From NCBI GenBank assembly GCA_044344255.1, contig JBIJDH010000009.1:128001-192000 (forward strand): a stretch of DNA of 64,000 bases, written 5' to 3'. The DNA comes from Myxococcota bacterium. GTDB taxonomy: Bacteria; Myxococcota_A; UBA796; UBA2385. Made by a program: the position numbers and the translations under genes. Of this stretch, positions 20,045-30,010 are shown in pieces (the stretch's first letter is position 1; each line of letters starts with the position of its first letter). The notes below the pieces were generated by a model. It did no database searches and was not told the DNA's origin. It worked only from the letters and a program-made list of their open reading frames with translations.

Positions 20045-20785
20045 ATGAGAGTCTCGGCTTGGATCGTCGTCGGCGTCGTCCTCGGCTTTCTCCTCGGTGG
20101 GATCGGGCCGCGACGTGGCGCGGCCGAGCTCAAGGGGGAGCTCGACCAGCTCCGTGAGGAGAACGCCCGCCTGGAGGCCCGTGCAGGACGAGGCGGGCGA
20201 GGCGGCCTGATGCCGGGCTTCGACCAGCTGATGCCCCCGAGGGAGCGCCCCGCCGAGCCCGCGCCCGACGAAGCAGGCGACGACGGGGCCGCAGGGGACG
20301 AGGCGAGCGGCGATGAGGTCACCGCGGCACCGGCGGGCCCTCCTCCGCGTCCGCCCACGGTCACCGAGCAGATGCAGGGCTTCGACATCGCCGTCGACGC
20401 CCAGAACCTCCGACGGCAGCAGTCTCGCCAGGCGCTCCGCGAGCAGGCCGACCTTTCGGGGGAGGAGGTTCGTGAGGTCGATGAGATCCTCGCCGACATG
20501 AACGAGCAGCTCGCCACCCACGGCGAAGAGATCATGGAGATCCTGGCCACGGGCGAGGAGCCCTCGCCGAAGGAGATGCTGTCGATCACCCACGACGTCA
20601 CCGGCATCCTCGCCGAGGCCCAGGAGAGCCTGGACGGGGTGGTGGGCGCCGACCGGCTCGAGGAGGTCGATGAGGAGGCGGGCGTGGTCTGGAACCACAT
20701 CGACCTCGGGGCCTTCCGTGAGGCGATGGAGAAGGCCGCAGAGCTCGAGGCGGCCGGCGGCGGCGCGGCCGAGCTCCCCGAGTGA
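20045..20785 (+). CDS. Membrane-anchored hypothetical protein with coiled coil
   Basis: N-terminal TM, acidic helical body; GGGAGG RBS; coupled to ABC permease. Confidence 0.65.
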   Translation: MRVSAWIVVGVVLGFLLGGIGPRRGAAELKGELDQLREENARLEARAGRGGRGGLMPGFDQLMPPRERPAEPAPDEAGDDGAAGDEASGDEVTAAPAGPPPRPPTVTEQMQGFDIAVDAQNLRRQQSRQALREQADLSGEEVREVDEILADMNEQLATHGEEIMEILATGEEPSPKEMLSITHDVTGILAEAQESLDGVVGADRLEEVDEEAGVVWNHIDLGAFREAMEKAAELEAAGGGAAELPE

Positions 20786-21687
20786 GGCAGCTCCGCGATC
20801 TGCTGCTGGTGGCGCGCTTTGACCTCGGAGAGTCGGTCCGCTCCCGCCGGGCGATCGTGCTGTTGCTGCTCTACGCTGCCGGCTCCGTGGCCGCAGCGGC
20901 CCTGTTCATCGAGGTCCTGCGCGAGATCGAGAACGCGGTGGCCGAGAAGCTCTCCGTCGCGGCGACGGAGGCCCCCGGCGCGATGACCGGCGCGCTCCTC
21001 CAGAGCGAGGAGCTGCTCCAGGTGCTCTCCAACCTGATCGGCGACGCCGCCCTCGCCCGCGAGCTCCTCACGGTCCCGCCGCTGGCGCTCTTCTACGGCT
21101 GGGTGGCCTTCCTGCTCGTACCGGTGCTCGTCATCCTCACCTCCGCCGAGTCGATCGCCGCCGAGCTCGGCTCGGGCTCCTGCCGCTTCGCGCTCACCCG
21201 GACCGATCGGGCGAGCTGGGCGGTGGGAAAGCTGGTCGGGCAGTCCGCCTTGCTGGCCCTCGGCATCAGCGTCGGCGCCGTCGGGGTGTGGGCGGTGGGC
21301 CTCGCGCGCCTGTCGAGCTTCGACGCCGTCGGGACGGCCTTGTGGCTCCTGCGCCTGAGCGCCCGCGCATGGGTTCACGGCTTCGCTTGGCTCGGGCTCT
21401 GCCTCGGAATTTCTCAGCTCACCCGCTCGGTGCACTGGGCGCGGGGGCTGTCGCTCATCGTCTTCATCGGCGGGGTCGTGCTCGGGAACCTGCTCCAGTC
21501 GCCGCTGGCCGACGCCTACATCCCGGTGATCGGCCCGACCCTCGCCACGCTCTACCCGGGCAGCCACCGCCTCGACCTCTGGAGGCCCGACCTCTTCGAT
21601 CGCCTGCCCGCCATCGTCTTCCTGCTCTCCTTCGGCGGCGCCTCCTTCACCCTCGGCCATCAGGCCTTCGCTCGGCGGGACGCTTGA
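20782..21687 (+). CDS. ABC-2 type transporter permease
   Basis: About six TM segments, SIAAELGSGS..LTRTDRASWAVGKL, C-terminal FARRDA. Confidence 0.85.
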   Translation: MRQLRDLLLVARFDLGESVRSRRAIVLLLLYAAGSVAAAALFIEVLREIENAVAEKLSVAATEAPGAMTGALLQSEELLQVLSNLIGDAALARELLTVPPLALFYGWVAFLLVPVLVILTSAESIAAELGSGSCRFALTRTDRASWAVGKLVGQSALLALGISVGAVGVWAVGLARLSSFDAVGTALWLLRLSARAWVHGFAWLGLCLGISQLTRSVHWARGLSLIVFIGGVVLGNLLQSPLADAYIPVIGPTLATLYPGSHRLDLWRPDLFDRLPAIVFLLSFGGASFTLGHQAFARRDA

Positions 21688-22613
21688 AGGCCGCGCTCCA
21701 GCTCCGGGGCGTGCGGAAGCAGTACGGCAAGGTAGCCGCCCTGGACGGCCTCTCCTTCTCGGTGCCGCGGGGGGCGATCTCGGGCTTCATCGGCCCCAAC
21801 GGCGCTGGGAAGACCACCACATTCGGCGTGGTGGGCGGCACCATCCGCCCCGACGCGGGCACCGTCGATCTGCTCGGCGCCGGGCCCTTCTCCGTCGAGC
21901 ACCATCGGGGTCGGGTCACCCTGCTCCCGCAAGACTGTGAGCTCAACCCGCACACCCCGGTCCGGGCCTTGCTCCTCTTCTACGGGCGGCTGCAAGGCAT
22001 GGGCGCCGCGGAGGCGGAGCGCGAGGCGGACCGCGTGCTCGACGACGTCGAGCTCCGCGACCGGGCCGACCAGCGCATCCACCAGCTCTCCCACGGCATG
22101 CGGCGCAGGGTGGCGGTGGCCCAGGCGCTGCTGGGCGCTCCGGAGCTGATCCTCCTCGATGAGCCCACCTCCGGCCTCGATCCCCACCTCGTCGCCCGGC
22201 TGCGAGAGGTGCTCAGCCGCGCGCGCGGCAAGTCGACCTTGATCATCAGCAGCCACGTGCTGGTCGAGCTCGAGGCGATCTGTGATCACGTCGTGTTCAT
22301 CGAACGGGGGCGCCTCGTCAAGGAGGCGCCGCTCGGCCGGTTGGAGGGGGCGCGCCCCGCCGTCCGCGTGCGCTTCGCCGGCAGCCTGCCTGCGCTCGAG
22401 ACCGCGCTCGACGGCCTGCCTTATACCGTCCACGCCGACGTCCTCCGCGTCGAGGGGCCGCCAGGGGGCGATGTCCCGGCGCTGAACGCCCGCGCGCTGC
22501 CCCGCCTGATCGCCGCTGGGCTGCAGATCGTCGAGGTGCTGCGTGGACAGAGCCTGGAGGAGACCTACCTCGAGGCCCGCGCCGCCCACGGGCCCAAGCC
22601 CCCACCCGCCTGA
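21684..22613 (+). CDS. ABC transporter ATP-binding protein
   Basis: TTG 21684 overlapping permease stop; GPNGAGKTT, LSHGMRRRV, LLDEPTSGLDP, SSH. Confidence 0.92.
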   Translation: MKAALQLRGVRKQYGKVAALDGLSFSVPRGAISGFIGPNGAGKTTTFGVVGGTIRPDAGTVDLLGAGPFSVEHHRGRVTLLPQDCELNPHTPVRALLLFYGRLQGMGAAEAEREADRVLDDVELRDRADQRIHQLSHGMRRRVAVAQALLGAPELILLDEPTSGLDPHLVARLREVLSRARGKSTLIISSHVLVELEAICDHVVFIERGRLVKEAPLGRLEGARPAVRVRFAGSLPALETALDGLPYTVHADVLRVEGPPGGDVPALNARALPRLIAAGLQIVEVLRGQSLEETYLEARAAHGPKPPPA

Positions 22614-22646
22614 CCTACCCCGCTCACCCTGCCCCGAACGGCCCGC

Positions 22647-23921
22647 TCAATAGGGGTGGTCGAAGGCCACATAGAAGCCGAAGGATGGCACCGTATCGGC
22701 GCTGCCGTCGGGGGCTTGGACGGCGTCGAGGCCGTAGCCGGCGTCTACGCGACCGACGAAGGTGCGATCGAAGATCAGGCGGAGGCCGAGGCCGGCGGCG
22801 GAGTGCGGGAGCGCAGGCTCGTAGGCGGCGCCCCAGGTCTGACCGAGATCGATGAAGGGGGCCAGCTCCCAGCCGAGGGGACGGCCGAAGACGAAGGGGT
22901 GCTCGAGCACGCTCCAGCGGAGCTCATTGTTCAGGACCGCCTTGTGGGGCCCGCGCCAACGGCCGTAGGGCACGCCGCGGAGGGTCATCGCGCCGCCGAA
23001 GCCCACCACGGGCTCAAAGCCGAGCCAGCTCACCATCTCGTAGAAGGGCACCGTCCCGAAGAGGGCCTCGCCCATCAGGCGGGAGGCGAGCACGAGGCGC
23101 CCGCCGAGGGACTGGTAGGCGCTGAGGGAGAGGTGCGGGCCGCCATAGCCCCCCGCCTTGCCGCTGAGGGTGGGTGACCAGCCAGCGGTCGCCTCGGCGA
23201 GGAGCCCATCGCGGGGGGCGATCTCGGGCGCCCGGCTGTCGTAGAGCACACCGCCCTGCGTGGTGATCGTCCGCCCCCCCTCCGTGCCGTAGGGCCGCTC
23301 CAGGTCGAGGAGGCTGCCGGGGATCACGACCACGCGGCTGTCCTTTGGGTTCAGGGCTCCGTACACCATCCACGGGCTCCCCGCCTGGAGCGCCCAGCGC
23401 GCGGTCAGGTAGGCCTGGGGCTGAAAGAGCCCGTAGCGGTAGAACTCGGCGGCGGTGCGGGCGTCGGGGAAGGCGCTCGGCGGCAGGCGGAGCGTGTCGT
23501 CCCCGATGCCCCAGTAGCCGTCTCGCCCCCATTGCCTCCAGGCGAGGCGGACCGTGAGCCGCCAGCGGTGCTCCTCGCCGAGGCCAGTGCGGTCAAAGCG
23601 GACCCGGTGAAAGGCGAAGCCGCCCGTGGTCGCGCTGTACTGCGCCATCAACGACCACTTGTAGGGGGCATAGCCCTCCGAGACCCGGGCGATCTCGCCG
23701 CGGGCGCCGTAGCCGAAGAGGTCATCGGAGTCGTAGGAGAAGGTGGGGACGACGAAGCCCGTGAGGCGCGGCTCGCCGGTCGTCGTGCCCCCCGCAGCGT
23801 CGGGCGCCGCGGCCTCGGGCGCCGCGGCCTCGGGCACCGCGGCCTCCCCGGCGGCGGCCTGCGCCGACAGGGCTCCGAGCAGCCCGAGGGCGCTCCAGGA
23901 CCGGATCGATCGGAGGGACAT
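22647..23921 (-). CDS. Omp85/BamA-TamA family surface antigen barrel without obvious POTRA domains
   Basis: Signal peptide, PTFSYDSDDLFGYG, LYDSR, GGAMTLRG (VRGY-like), FIDLG, GLGLR, aromatic C-terminus. Confidence 0.75.
   Translation of the reverse strand: MSLRSIRSWSALGLLGALSAQAAAGEAAVPEAAAPEAAAPDAAGGTTTGEPRLTGFVVPTFSYDSDDLFGYGARGEIARVSEGYAPYKWSLMAQYSATTGGFAFHRVRFDRTGLGEEHRWRLTVRLAWRQWGRDGYWGIGDDTLRLPPSAFPDARTAAEFYRYGLFQPQAYLTARWALQAGSPWMVYGALNPKDSRVVVIPGSLLDLERPYGTEGGRTITTQGGVLYDSRAPEIAPRDGLLAEATAGWSPTLSGKAGGYGGPHLSLSAYQSLGGRLVLASRLMGEALFGTVPFYEMVSWLGFEPVVGFGGAMTLRGVPYGRWRGPHKAVLNNELRWSVLEHPFVFGRPLGWELAPFIDLGQTWGAAYEPALPHSAAGLGLRLIFDRTFVGRVDAGYGLDAVQAPDGSADTVPSFGFYVAFDHPY
23801..23845. repeat. 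15-bp tandem repeat x3 encoding the PEAAA-type linker of the Omp85-like protein
   Basis: CGGGCGCCGCGGCCT x2 plus CGGGCACCGCGGCCT. Confidence 0.9.
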
Positions 23922-23937
23922 CGAGGCGGGAGCCGAC

Positions 23938-24762
23938 TTAGGGCCGCCCCTCCGCGCAGCGCTCTTCGGTGACGTCGTCCCAATCCGCGAGGTTGTTGAG
24001 CATCAGGCGCTGGAAGCCTTCATTGTCCGTGGTGAAGGTGCCCCCGAAGTCCGCCTGTCGCCAGATGGCGTAGAGGTGCAGGATCTCCCCGCCGCTGCGC
24101 TCGTAGTAGACCTCCATCTGGTAGTCCTGATCGAGGCTCTTGTCGGGATCATCAAACTTGGCAGGGGAGGGGAGGTAGGTGCGGGCGAGCAGCACATCCC
24201 CGTACGGGCTCTGTTCATCGTCGAGGGTCGGCACTCGACGAAGCCCCCCCTTGATGTCGGAGCTGTAATCCACCAGATCATCGACCTCATAGTGCACGGA
24301 CCACGTGAGCGTGTCGCTGTCACCGGAGAGGAAGTCGCCTCGATCGCTCGAGAATTCTCGCTCATAGGAGGAGTAGGTGTCGGGGTAGAGCTCGTCCTGG
24401 TGGACGTAGGAGACGATCTCTTCGAGCTGGGAAAGCTCACAGTCGAAGGTGTTGACGAGGAAGAGGCCCTGCGCGGACTTCGGATCCCGATTGACGCCCA
24501 CGAGCTCCGCTTCATCGCGGCTGAGGTCGGTCAGGGTGCCGTCGAGGAGCTCGTCCAGGCTGCCGCCGTCTACCGCCTTGTGGAGGTTGCGGACGCCCTC
24601 CGCGAGCTGGGCGTCCTCCCCATCGGGGAACTGTTGCCAGAAATAGTGCGTGAGGTCGTCCAGGGCCTTCGGGGCCGGCTCCACCTTCTTGCAGGCGGAG
24701 AGGGCGAGCCCGAGCGCCAGGCAGCGGAGGGCGGTCGAGGTCTTCCGGGGGGCGCGCGGCAT
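23938..24762 (-). CDS. Hypothetical acidic lipoprotein
   Basis: ATG 24762 within ORF 23938..26265; lipobox LALSAC; GGAGGAAGG upstream. Confidence 0.7.
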   Translation of the reverse strand: MPRAPRKTSTALRCLALGLALSACKKVEPAPKALDDLTHYFWQQFPDGEDAQLAEGVRNLHKAVDGGSLDELLDGTLTDLSRDEAELVGVNRDPKSAQGLFLVNTFDCELSQLEEIVSYVHQDELYPDTYSSYEREFSSDRGDFLSGDSDTLTWSVHYEVDDLVDYSSDIKGGLRRVPTLDDEQSPYGDVLLARTYLPSPAKFDDPDKSLDQDYQMEVYYERSGGEILHLYAIWRQADFGGTFTTDNEGFQRLMLNNLADWDDVTEERCAEGRP

Positions 24763-24801
24763 CCTTCCTCCAGCGGGGAGAGGCAGTATAAGGGGCAGAC
24801 C

Positions 24802-26214
24802 ATGCGCCGTCCCGCCCTCCTCCGACACTCCTCCTGCGCCCTCCTGCTCGGCGCGCTCGCCCTCCACCCGGGTCTCGCCGCGGCCACGCCGGCCCCCGAC
24901 TGGCCCGCGGCCGGCCAGGAGGTCACGGCCCTGCTCCAAGCGTATCTGCGCACAGACACCACGAACCCGCCCGGACACGAGACCGACGGCGCCCGCTTCC
25001 TCGCCGAGCGGCTGGCCGCGGAGGGCATCGAGAGCCAGATCCTCGAGGGTGGGCCCGGCCGTGGCAACCTGATCGCGCGGGTGAAGGGGGACGGCAGCCT
25101 GCCCCCCCTCTGCCTGCTCTCCCACATCGACGTCGTCACCGCAGAGCCGTCCAGCTGGCCCGCCGACAAGGGCCCGCTGTCCGGCGCCCTCGATGATCAG
25201 GGCTACGTGTGGGGCCGCGGCGCGCTCGACATGAAGGGGATGGGCGCGATCGAGGCGATGACCCTCATCCTCCTCCAGCGCAGCGGCGCCCGGCTGAAGC
25301 GGGACGTCGTGCTGCTCGCCGTGGCCGACGAGGAGGTGGACAACGAGGGCATCCGCTTCATCGCCGACCAACACTGGGACAAGGTCGGCTGCAGCCACGT
25401 CATCAACGAGGGCGGCATCGGCATCTCGGACCTCTTCTTCCCCGGCCAGACGGTGTACCCGATCTCGGTCGGCGAGAAGGGCGTGCTCTGGGCGCGCCTC
25501 ATCGCCAGCGGCGAGCCCGGACACGGCAGCACCCCCGTCCCGGATCGGGCGCCGCAGCGGCTGATGCAGGCGGTGGCTGCGCTCGAGGCTCGGGAGGTCG
25601 AGCCCACCTTCCACCCCGCCCTGCTCGAGACCATCGCCGCCGCAGGCGTCCAGAAGGGCGGCCTCACCGGGTTCATCCTCCAGCACCCCCGGCTGGCGAA
25701 GCGCGTGTTGAGGGGCCGCTTCATGGAGAACCCGATCACCCGCGCGGCGGTGACCACCACCGTCAACGTCACCGGCTTCGGCGGCGCGAACGAGCCAAAC
25801 GTCGTCCCCGGCGAGGTGTGGGCGAACATCGACGCCCGCGTCCTCCCCGGCCAGACCCCCGAGCAGGTGCTGGCCGAGCTCCAGGCCCTCACCCCCTGGC
25901 CGTGGGTCCGCTACGAGGTCTTGTCCACCCACCCCGCCGCGGTGAGCCCGTGGGATGACCCGCTCTTTCGCGCCTTGGTCGCGCGGTCGGTCGAGGGCCG
26001 CCCCGACGTCGTCGCCGGGCCGGTGATCTCGGTGGGCTACACCGACTCCGTCTACCTCCGCCCCAAGGGGGTCACCGCCTACGGCTTCGTGCCCTTCGAG
26101 GTCTCTGCCGAGGAGCTCGGCACCATGCACGGGAACAACGAGCGGGTCAGCACCGCCAACCTCGAGCGCGGCCTGCGGATCCTCTACTCCGCCGTGGCCG
26201 ACGTCTCGATGTGA
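24802..26214 (+). CDS. Secreted M20/M25/M40 family metallo-hydrolase
   Basis: Signal peptide; SHIDVV, GRGALDMKG, ADEE, NEGG, GHGS, GYTDS, MHGNNER. Confidence 0.92.
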   Translation: MRRPALLRHSSCALLLGALALHPGLAAATPAPDWPAAGQEVTALLQAYLRTDTTNPPGHETDGARFLAERLAAEGIESQILEGGPGRGNLIARVKGDGSLPPLCLLSHIDVVTAEPSSWPADKGPLSGALDDQGYVWGRGALDMKGMGAIEAMTLILLQRSGARLKRDVVLLAVADEEVDNEGIRFIADQHWDKVGCSHVINEGGIGISDLFFPGQTVYPISVGEKGVLWARLIASGEPGHGSTPVPDRAPQRLMQAVAALEAREVEPTFHPALLETIAAAGVQKGGLTGFILQHPRLAKRVLRGRFMENPITRAAVTTTVNVTGFGGANEPNVVPGEVWANIDARVLPGQTPEQVLAELQALTPWPWVRYEVLSTHPAAVSPWDDPLFRALVARSVEGRPDVVAGPVISVGYTDSVYLRPKGVTAYGFVPFEVSAEELGTMHGNNERVSTANLERGLRILYSAVADVSM

Positions 26215-26375
26215 GGCGCGCCGACCCACGCCGTCCAGATCGGCCGCTGTGCCAGCTCTGCTCATGTGAGCTGTAGTTTCGGCGGTAGACCCACCAAAAG
26301 AAGGAACATACCCACAAATTACCCGTCCACGCGATACAATCCGAAGCTGTGGGGCGGGTAGGGGAGGGGATCTGG

Positions 26376-28952
26376 ATGAACACAGAGAGCTGGAACGGCT
26401 GGGGCATGACGACCCCGGCCTCCCGCACGACCGACTCCGATCGGCTGCGATGTGGGTCAGCCAGCTCCCTCGATGAAGACCTGCTCACCATGGGAATTCA
26501 CGACCCCGACCGCTACGTCGAGCGAGGGCACCTCGGCTTCGGCGGCATGGCCGAGGTCCGACGTGTCCACGATCGGCGGCTGCAGCGCGACGTCGCCATG
26601 AAGCTGCTCCGCACGAGCCTCCTCCCCAACCCGGAGTGGCGGGTGCGCTTCCGAGCCGAAGCCTGCCTCGTGGCCCGCCTGCAGCACCCCTCGATCGTGC
26701 CCATCTTTGACTTCGGCGTCGATCGGGAAGGCCGCTTCTTCTTCACGATGCCGGAGATCGAAGGCGAGACCTTCGCTCGGTTGATCCATCGGGCCCACGC
26801 GGACCGGGGGGAGGCCCCCACCCTCGGGCTCGGTCCCCTCCGTCGCCTGATCGGCGTGCTGGCCACGGTCTGCCAGGCGGTGGCCTACGCGCACGATCAG
26901 CACGTGCTGCACCGTGATCTCAAGCCCGACAACATCATGGTGGGCACCTTTGCGCAGGTCTTCGTGCTCGACTGGGGCATCGCCAGCCTCGACCTCCTCC
27001 GCGAGCCCGTGGCGGTCGACCTGCCCCCGGATGAGCCGGCCCCACAGGCCCTGCCGCGAACGCTGGCCGGGACCGTAAAGGGGACGCCCGGATACATGTC
27101 ACCCGAGCAGGCGCGAGGGGACTGGCCGCGGGTGGACGCGCGGGCCGACGTCTGGTCGCTCGGCGCGATCCTCTACGAGATCCTGGCTGGACGGTGCCCG
27201 AACCGCCTCAGCCAGGGCGGCCGGGAGCGACGAGAGCCCACCGCGCGGCCGAGCGACGCAGCGCTCCGGCGGCCGCCGCACAGCGAGCTACTCCCACCGG
27301 CCCTGGTGGCGCTGTGTGACCAGGCGCTGGAGCCGGATCCGGAGCGCCGCGTCGCGACCGCGCGGGCGCTGGGGACGGCGCTGCAGGACTGGCTCGACGG
27401 CGTGCAAAACGTGGAGCGCGGCAGGGCGCTCGTCGCAGAGGCCGACACGCTCCACGCCGAGATCGAGGCGCGACGGCTCGCCCTCGCCGCGCGGCGCGCC
27501 GAGGCGCTGCGCGAGCTCGGTCGGCTCGGCGAGCGGGCCACGGAGGGCGAGAAGGCACCAGCCTGGGAGCAGCTCGAGGAGATCGACGGGGCCGAGGCGG
27601 AGCTCTCTCTCCGAGAGGCCGAGCGAGACACGAACCTCCAGCGCGCCCTCACCCTCGCGCCCGACCTCACGGAGGCGCAGGATCGTATCGCCGACCTGCA
27701 CGTCCGCGCCCACGCGGAAGCCGAGCTCACCGGTGACCGGGCGGGCATGCTCCGGCACGAGCACATCATCCGCACCTACCACCGCGGCCGCCACGCCTCG
27801 TACCTGCGCGGAGAGGCCAGCTTCCAGATCCGCTTCAGCCGCCCGCTCCGCGTCCGACTCTCCCGTTACACCCTCGTCCGCCGTCGACTCGTCGAGCGCC
27901 CGGTCGCCGACCTCGGCTGGACCCGCGAGATCGACCTCCGTCTCGAGGTGGGCAGCTATGTGGCCCACCTGGAGGGTGAGGAGGGCGTGCCCTTCCAGTA
28001 CCCCTTCGAGCTCCGTCGCACCCTCGGTGAGGTGGCCGCGGAGCCGCTGCCTCCGCTGGAGGTCCCCGACTTGCGGCGCGCGCCGCCGGGCGCGGTCTTC
28101 GTGCCCGCGGGCTGGACCTGGATCGGCGGCGATCCCCTGGCCTTCGGGACCTCGCTCCCCTTGCAGCGGGCCCTGGTCGAGGCCTTCTGGATCCACCGGC
28201 ACCCGGTCACGAACGAAGAGTTCCTCGCCTTCATCAACGACCTGCAGGCGGCGGGCCGGGAACAGGAGGCCCTCCGCTTCGTCCCCCGCGAGCGCAGCGC
28301 GAGGGCGGGGGTCGAGGGGGCGATGATCTACCGCCGCGCGGTAGACGGCCAATTCGCGCTCGGGGTCGATTGTGACGGGGATCGATGGAGGCCCCGCTGG
28401 CCGGCCACGATGACGGAGCTCGTGGCGATCGAGGCCTACGCGCGCTGGTGGTCAGAGCGGATCGGGATGCTTGGGCGCCTGCCGTACGAGGTCGAGTGGG
28501 AGCGAGCCGCCCGCGGGGCAGACCGCCGGGCCTTTCCATGGGGCTCGGAGTACGACGCCACCTGGTGTGCGCACTGCGACTCCTCCGGCAACAACCTGTC
28601 GGAAGTGGACAGCTTTTCCGTAGACCAGAGCCCCTTCGGGGTCCGCGGCCTCGCAGGCAACGTGATGGATGCCCTAAAGGAGCCTTTTTGCGCCGCCGGG
28701 CCGACCATCCACGCCGACGGCCGCTGGGAGCCCGCCGAGGGCCCGGAGGGTCGGCGACTCGTCAAGGGCGGGAACTTCGGCGCCAACATCGGGAAGTCGA
28801 GGATCTCCTACCGGGGGAGCCGAGCGGACACCGCCCGGACCCCCTTGTGTGGTTTCCGCCTCGTCTTCCCGGTCTCCGCCGTTCAAGGGGCCGCGGGCGG
28901 GGCGACGGGCGGCAGCCCGGGCGGGCAGATTTGCTGGAAGAGCCCGGAGTAG
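26376..28952 (+). CDS. Ser/Thr protein kinase fused to FGE/sulfatase-modifying (SUMF1) domain
   Basis: LGFGGMAEV, VAMK, HRDLKPDN, DWG, GTPGYMSPEQ, DVWSLG; C-terminal PVTNEEF, LPYEVEWERAARG, FPWG, SPFGVRGLAGNV, GFRLV; start uncertain (26349/26376/26406). Confidence 0.92.
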   Translation: MNTESWNGWGMTTPASRTTDSDRLRCGSASSLDEDLLTMGIHDPDRYVERGHLGFGGMAEVRRVHDRRLQRDVAMKLLRTSLLPNPEWRVRFRAEACLVARLQHPSIVPIFDFGVDREGRFFFTMPEIEGETFARLIHRAHADRGEAPTLGLGPLRRLIGVLATVCQAVAYAHDQHVLHRDLKPDNIMVGTFAQVFVLDWGIASLDLLREPVAVDLPPDEPAPQALPRTLAGTVKGTPGYMSPEQARGDWPRVDARADVWSLGAILYEILAGRCPNRLSQGGRERREPTARPSDAALRRPPHSELLPPALVALCDQALEPDPERRVATARALGTALQDWLDGVQNVERGRALVAEADTLHAEIEARRLALAARRAEALRELGRLGERATEGEKAPAWEQLEEIDGAEAELSLREAERDTNLQRALTLAPDLTEAQDRIADLHVRAHAEAELTGDRAGMLRHEHIIRTYHRGRHASYLRGEASFQIRFSRPLRVRLSRYTLVRRRLVERPVADLGWTREIDLRLEVGSYVAHLEGEEGVPFQYPFELRRTLGEVAAEPLPPLEVPDLRRAPPGAVFVPAGWTWIGGDPLAFGTSLPLQRALVEAFWIHRHPVTNEEFLAFINDLQAAGREQEALRFVPRERSARAGVEGAMIYRRAVDGQFALGVDCDGDRWRPRWPATMTELVAIEAYARWWSERIGMLGRLPYEVEWERAARGADRRAFPWGSEYDATWCAHCDSSGNNLSEVDSFSVDQSPFGVRGLAGNVMDALKEPFCAAGPTIHADGRWEPAEGPEGRRLVKGGNFGANIGKSRISYRGSRADTARTPLCGFRLVFPVSAVQGAAGGATGGSPGGQICWKSPE

Positions 28953-29554
28953 GCCACGTCGGACAGGCCTGCGAGCGTCACCTCGAGCGCGTTGACGACC
29001 GCGGCGTAGGCCACGACGCTCGCCGCCGGGGGCACCACACAGGGCTTCGGGGGGCCGATCGGGGCGGCGCCCTGCACCGGGGCGGAGACCTGCACGACCG
29101 CTCCATCGGCGAAGGTCAGGTCCACCACCGCGAGGTTCTGGTCGACGGCGAGGTCGGCGTAGGTCGTACCCTCTCCGGGCGCGAATGCATAGACAGTGCC
29201 AAGGAGGCCGTGTCGCCCGCACTCGTCCGGATCGGCACTGATTCCGCAGACAGGCGGGGCCGGGAACGGCGCCAGCGCGCCTCCGACCACCGGCGGCGGC
29301 AGGCCCGGCTGGGGCGCGACGCCGCCGGTGACCAGGCCGTTGGGGCTGCTGAACGTGAGCACCGCCTGCCCATCGCTGACCGCGGCGGTGAGCTCGACGA
29401 TCTCGGCGCTCACGGCCTCGTCGCCGGGATCAGGCTCCTCGGCGCCAGTGACAGCGGGGAAGAGAACAGCGGGGAAGAGAACCGAGGAGGCGAGTGCCAA
29501 GCGGACGAAGGCCCGCGTGGTACGCTGCGAGAGGTTGTACCGGTTGGTAGGCAT
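28883..29554 (-). CDS. Hypothetical secreted Pro-rich protein
   Basis: ATG 29554 with CAGGAG RBS; signal-like N-terminus; four Cys; 3' end overlaps the kinase gene. Confidence 0.55.
   Translation of the reverse strand: MPTNRYNLSQRTTRAFVRLALASSVLFPAVLFPAVTGAEEPDPGDEAVSAEIVELTAAVSDGQAVLTFSSPNGLVTGGVAPQPGLPPPVVGGALAPFPAPPVCGISADPDECGRHGLLGTVYAFAPGEGTTYADLAVDQNLAVVDLTFADGAVVQVSAPVQGAAPIGPPKPCVVPPAASVVAYAAVVNALEVTLAGLSDVAYSGLFQQICPPGLPPVAPPAAP
29451..29480. repeat. Perfect 15-bp tandem duplication (ACAGCGGGGAAGAGA x2) in a signal-peptide region
   Basis: Directly visible; encodes VLFPA twice. Confidence 0.9.
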
Positions 29555-30010
29555 CTGGCTCTCCTGATCGCTCGCGCGATCGTGCTTTGTTGGGTCTTCA
29601 CCTCGTCGTGCACTCTCCTGGGACACTCAGATCAGCGGTCAGCTCAGTGGCTACGGAATCAACTTCTGGCTCACCCTGTTAGTGTAGCGTAGTGCTCACA
29701 TCGGGGCAAGAAGAAAGATGATGCCGCAGGGCCCCCTCCCGATCACCCCTTCGCCGGGCCCGCAGGTTGAGCGCCTGGTTGCAGATCCAGATCAGACCAG
29801 GGACCGCTCGCTGATGGTGACAGCTCAGAGCACCAAGGTTAATGGTGGGGTCCCCGTCGGAATTTCGCGGTCCCCCCGCCGCCCGATCACCTTCGATCTT
29901 GGACGAACCCCATCTGCACCGATCATGACACCGACAAGATTGCGTCAAGATCCCCAGCTTTAGCCGCACTGATCTCCCAGTATCCGCCGATCACAGAAGA
30001 GGAGGCGACC

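Noticed and set aside
23743..26265. Apparent long overlap of 823-aa and 775-aa ORFs
   Set aside because: Resolved as two divergent genes starting at 24762 (-) and 24802 (+); the extensions are antisense read-through
26930..26990. DWG instead of DFG in the kinase as a pseudokinase sign
   Set aside because: VAMK lysine, HRDLKPDN and the Mg-binding Asp are intact; DWG is a common variant in such bacterial kinases
28700..28880. FGE/C-type-lectin C-terminus as a diversity-generating retroelement target
   Set aside because: I found no second copy (template repeat) of this segment and no reverse transcriptase in the window; a remote DGR cannot be excluded
29679..29969. Small ORFs 29718..29963 (+) and 29679..29969 (-)
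   Set aside because: No convincing RBS, codon bias or motif; treated as intergenic, though a small peptide is not excluded
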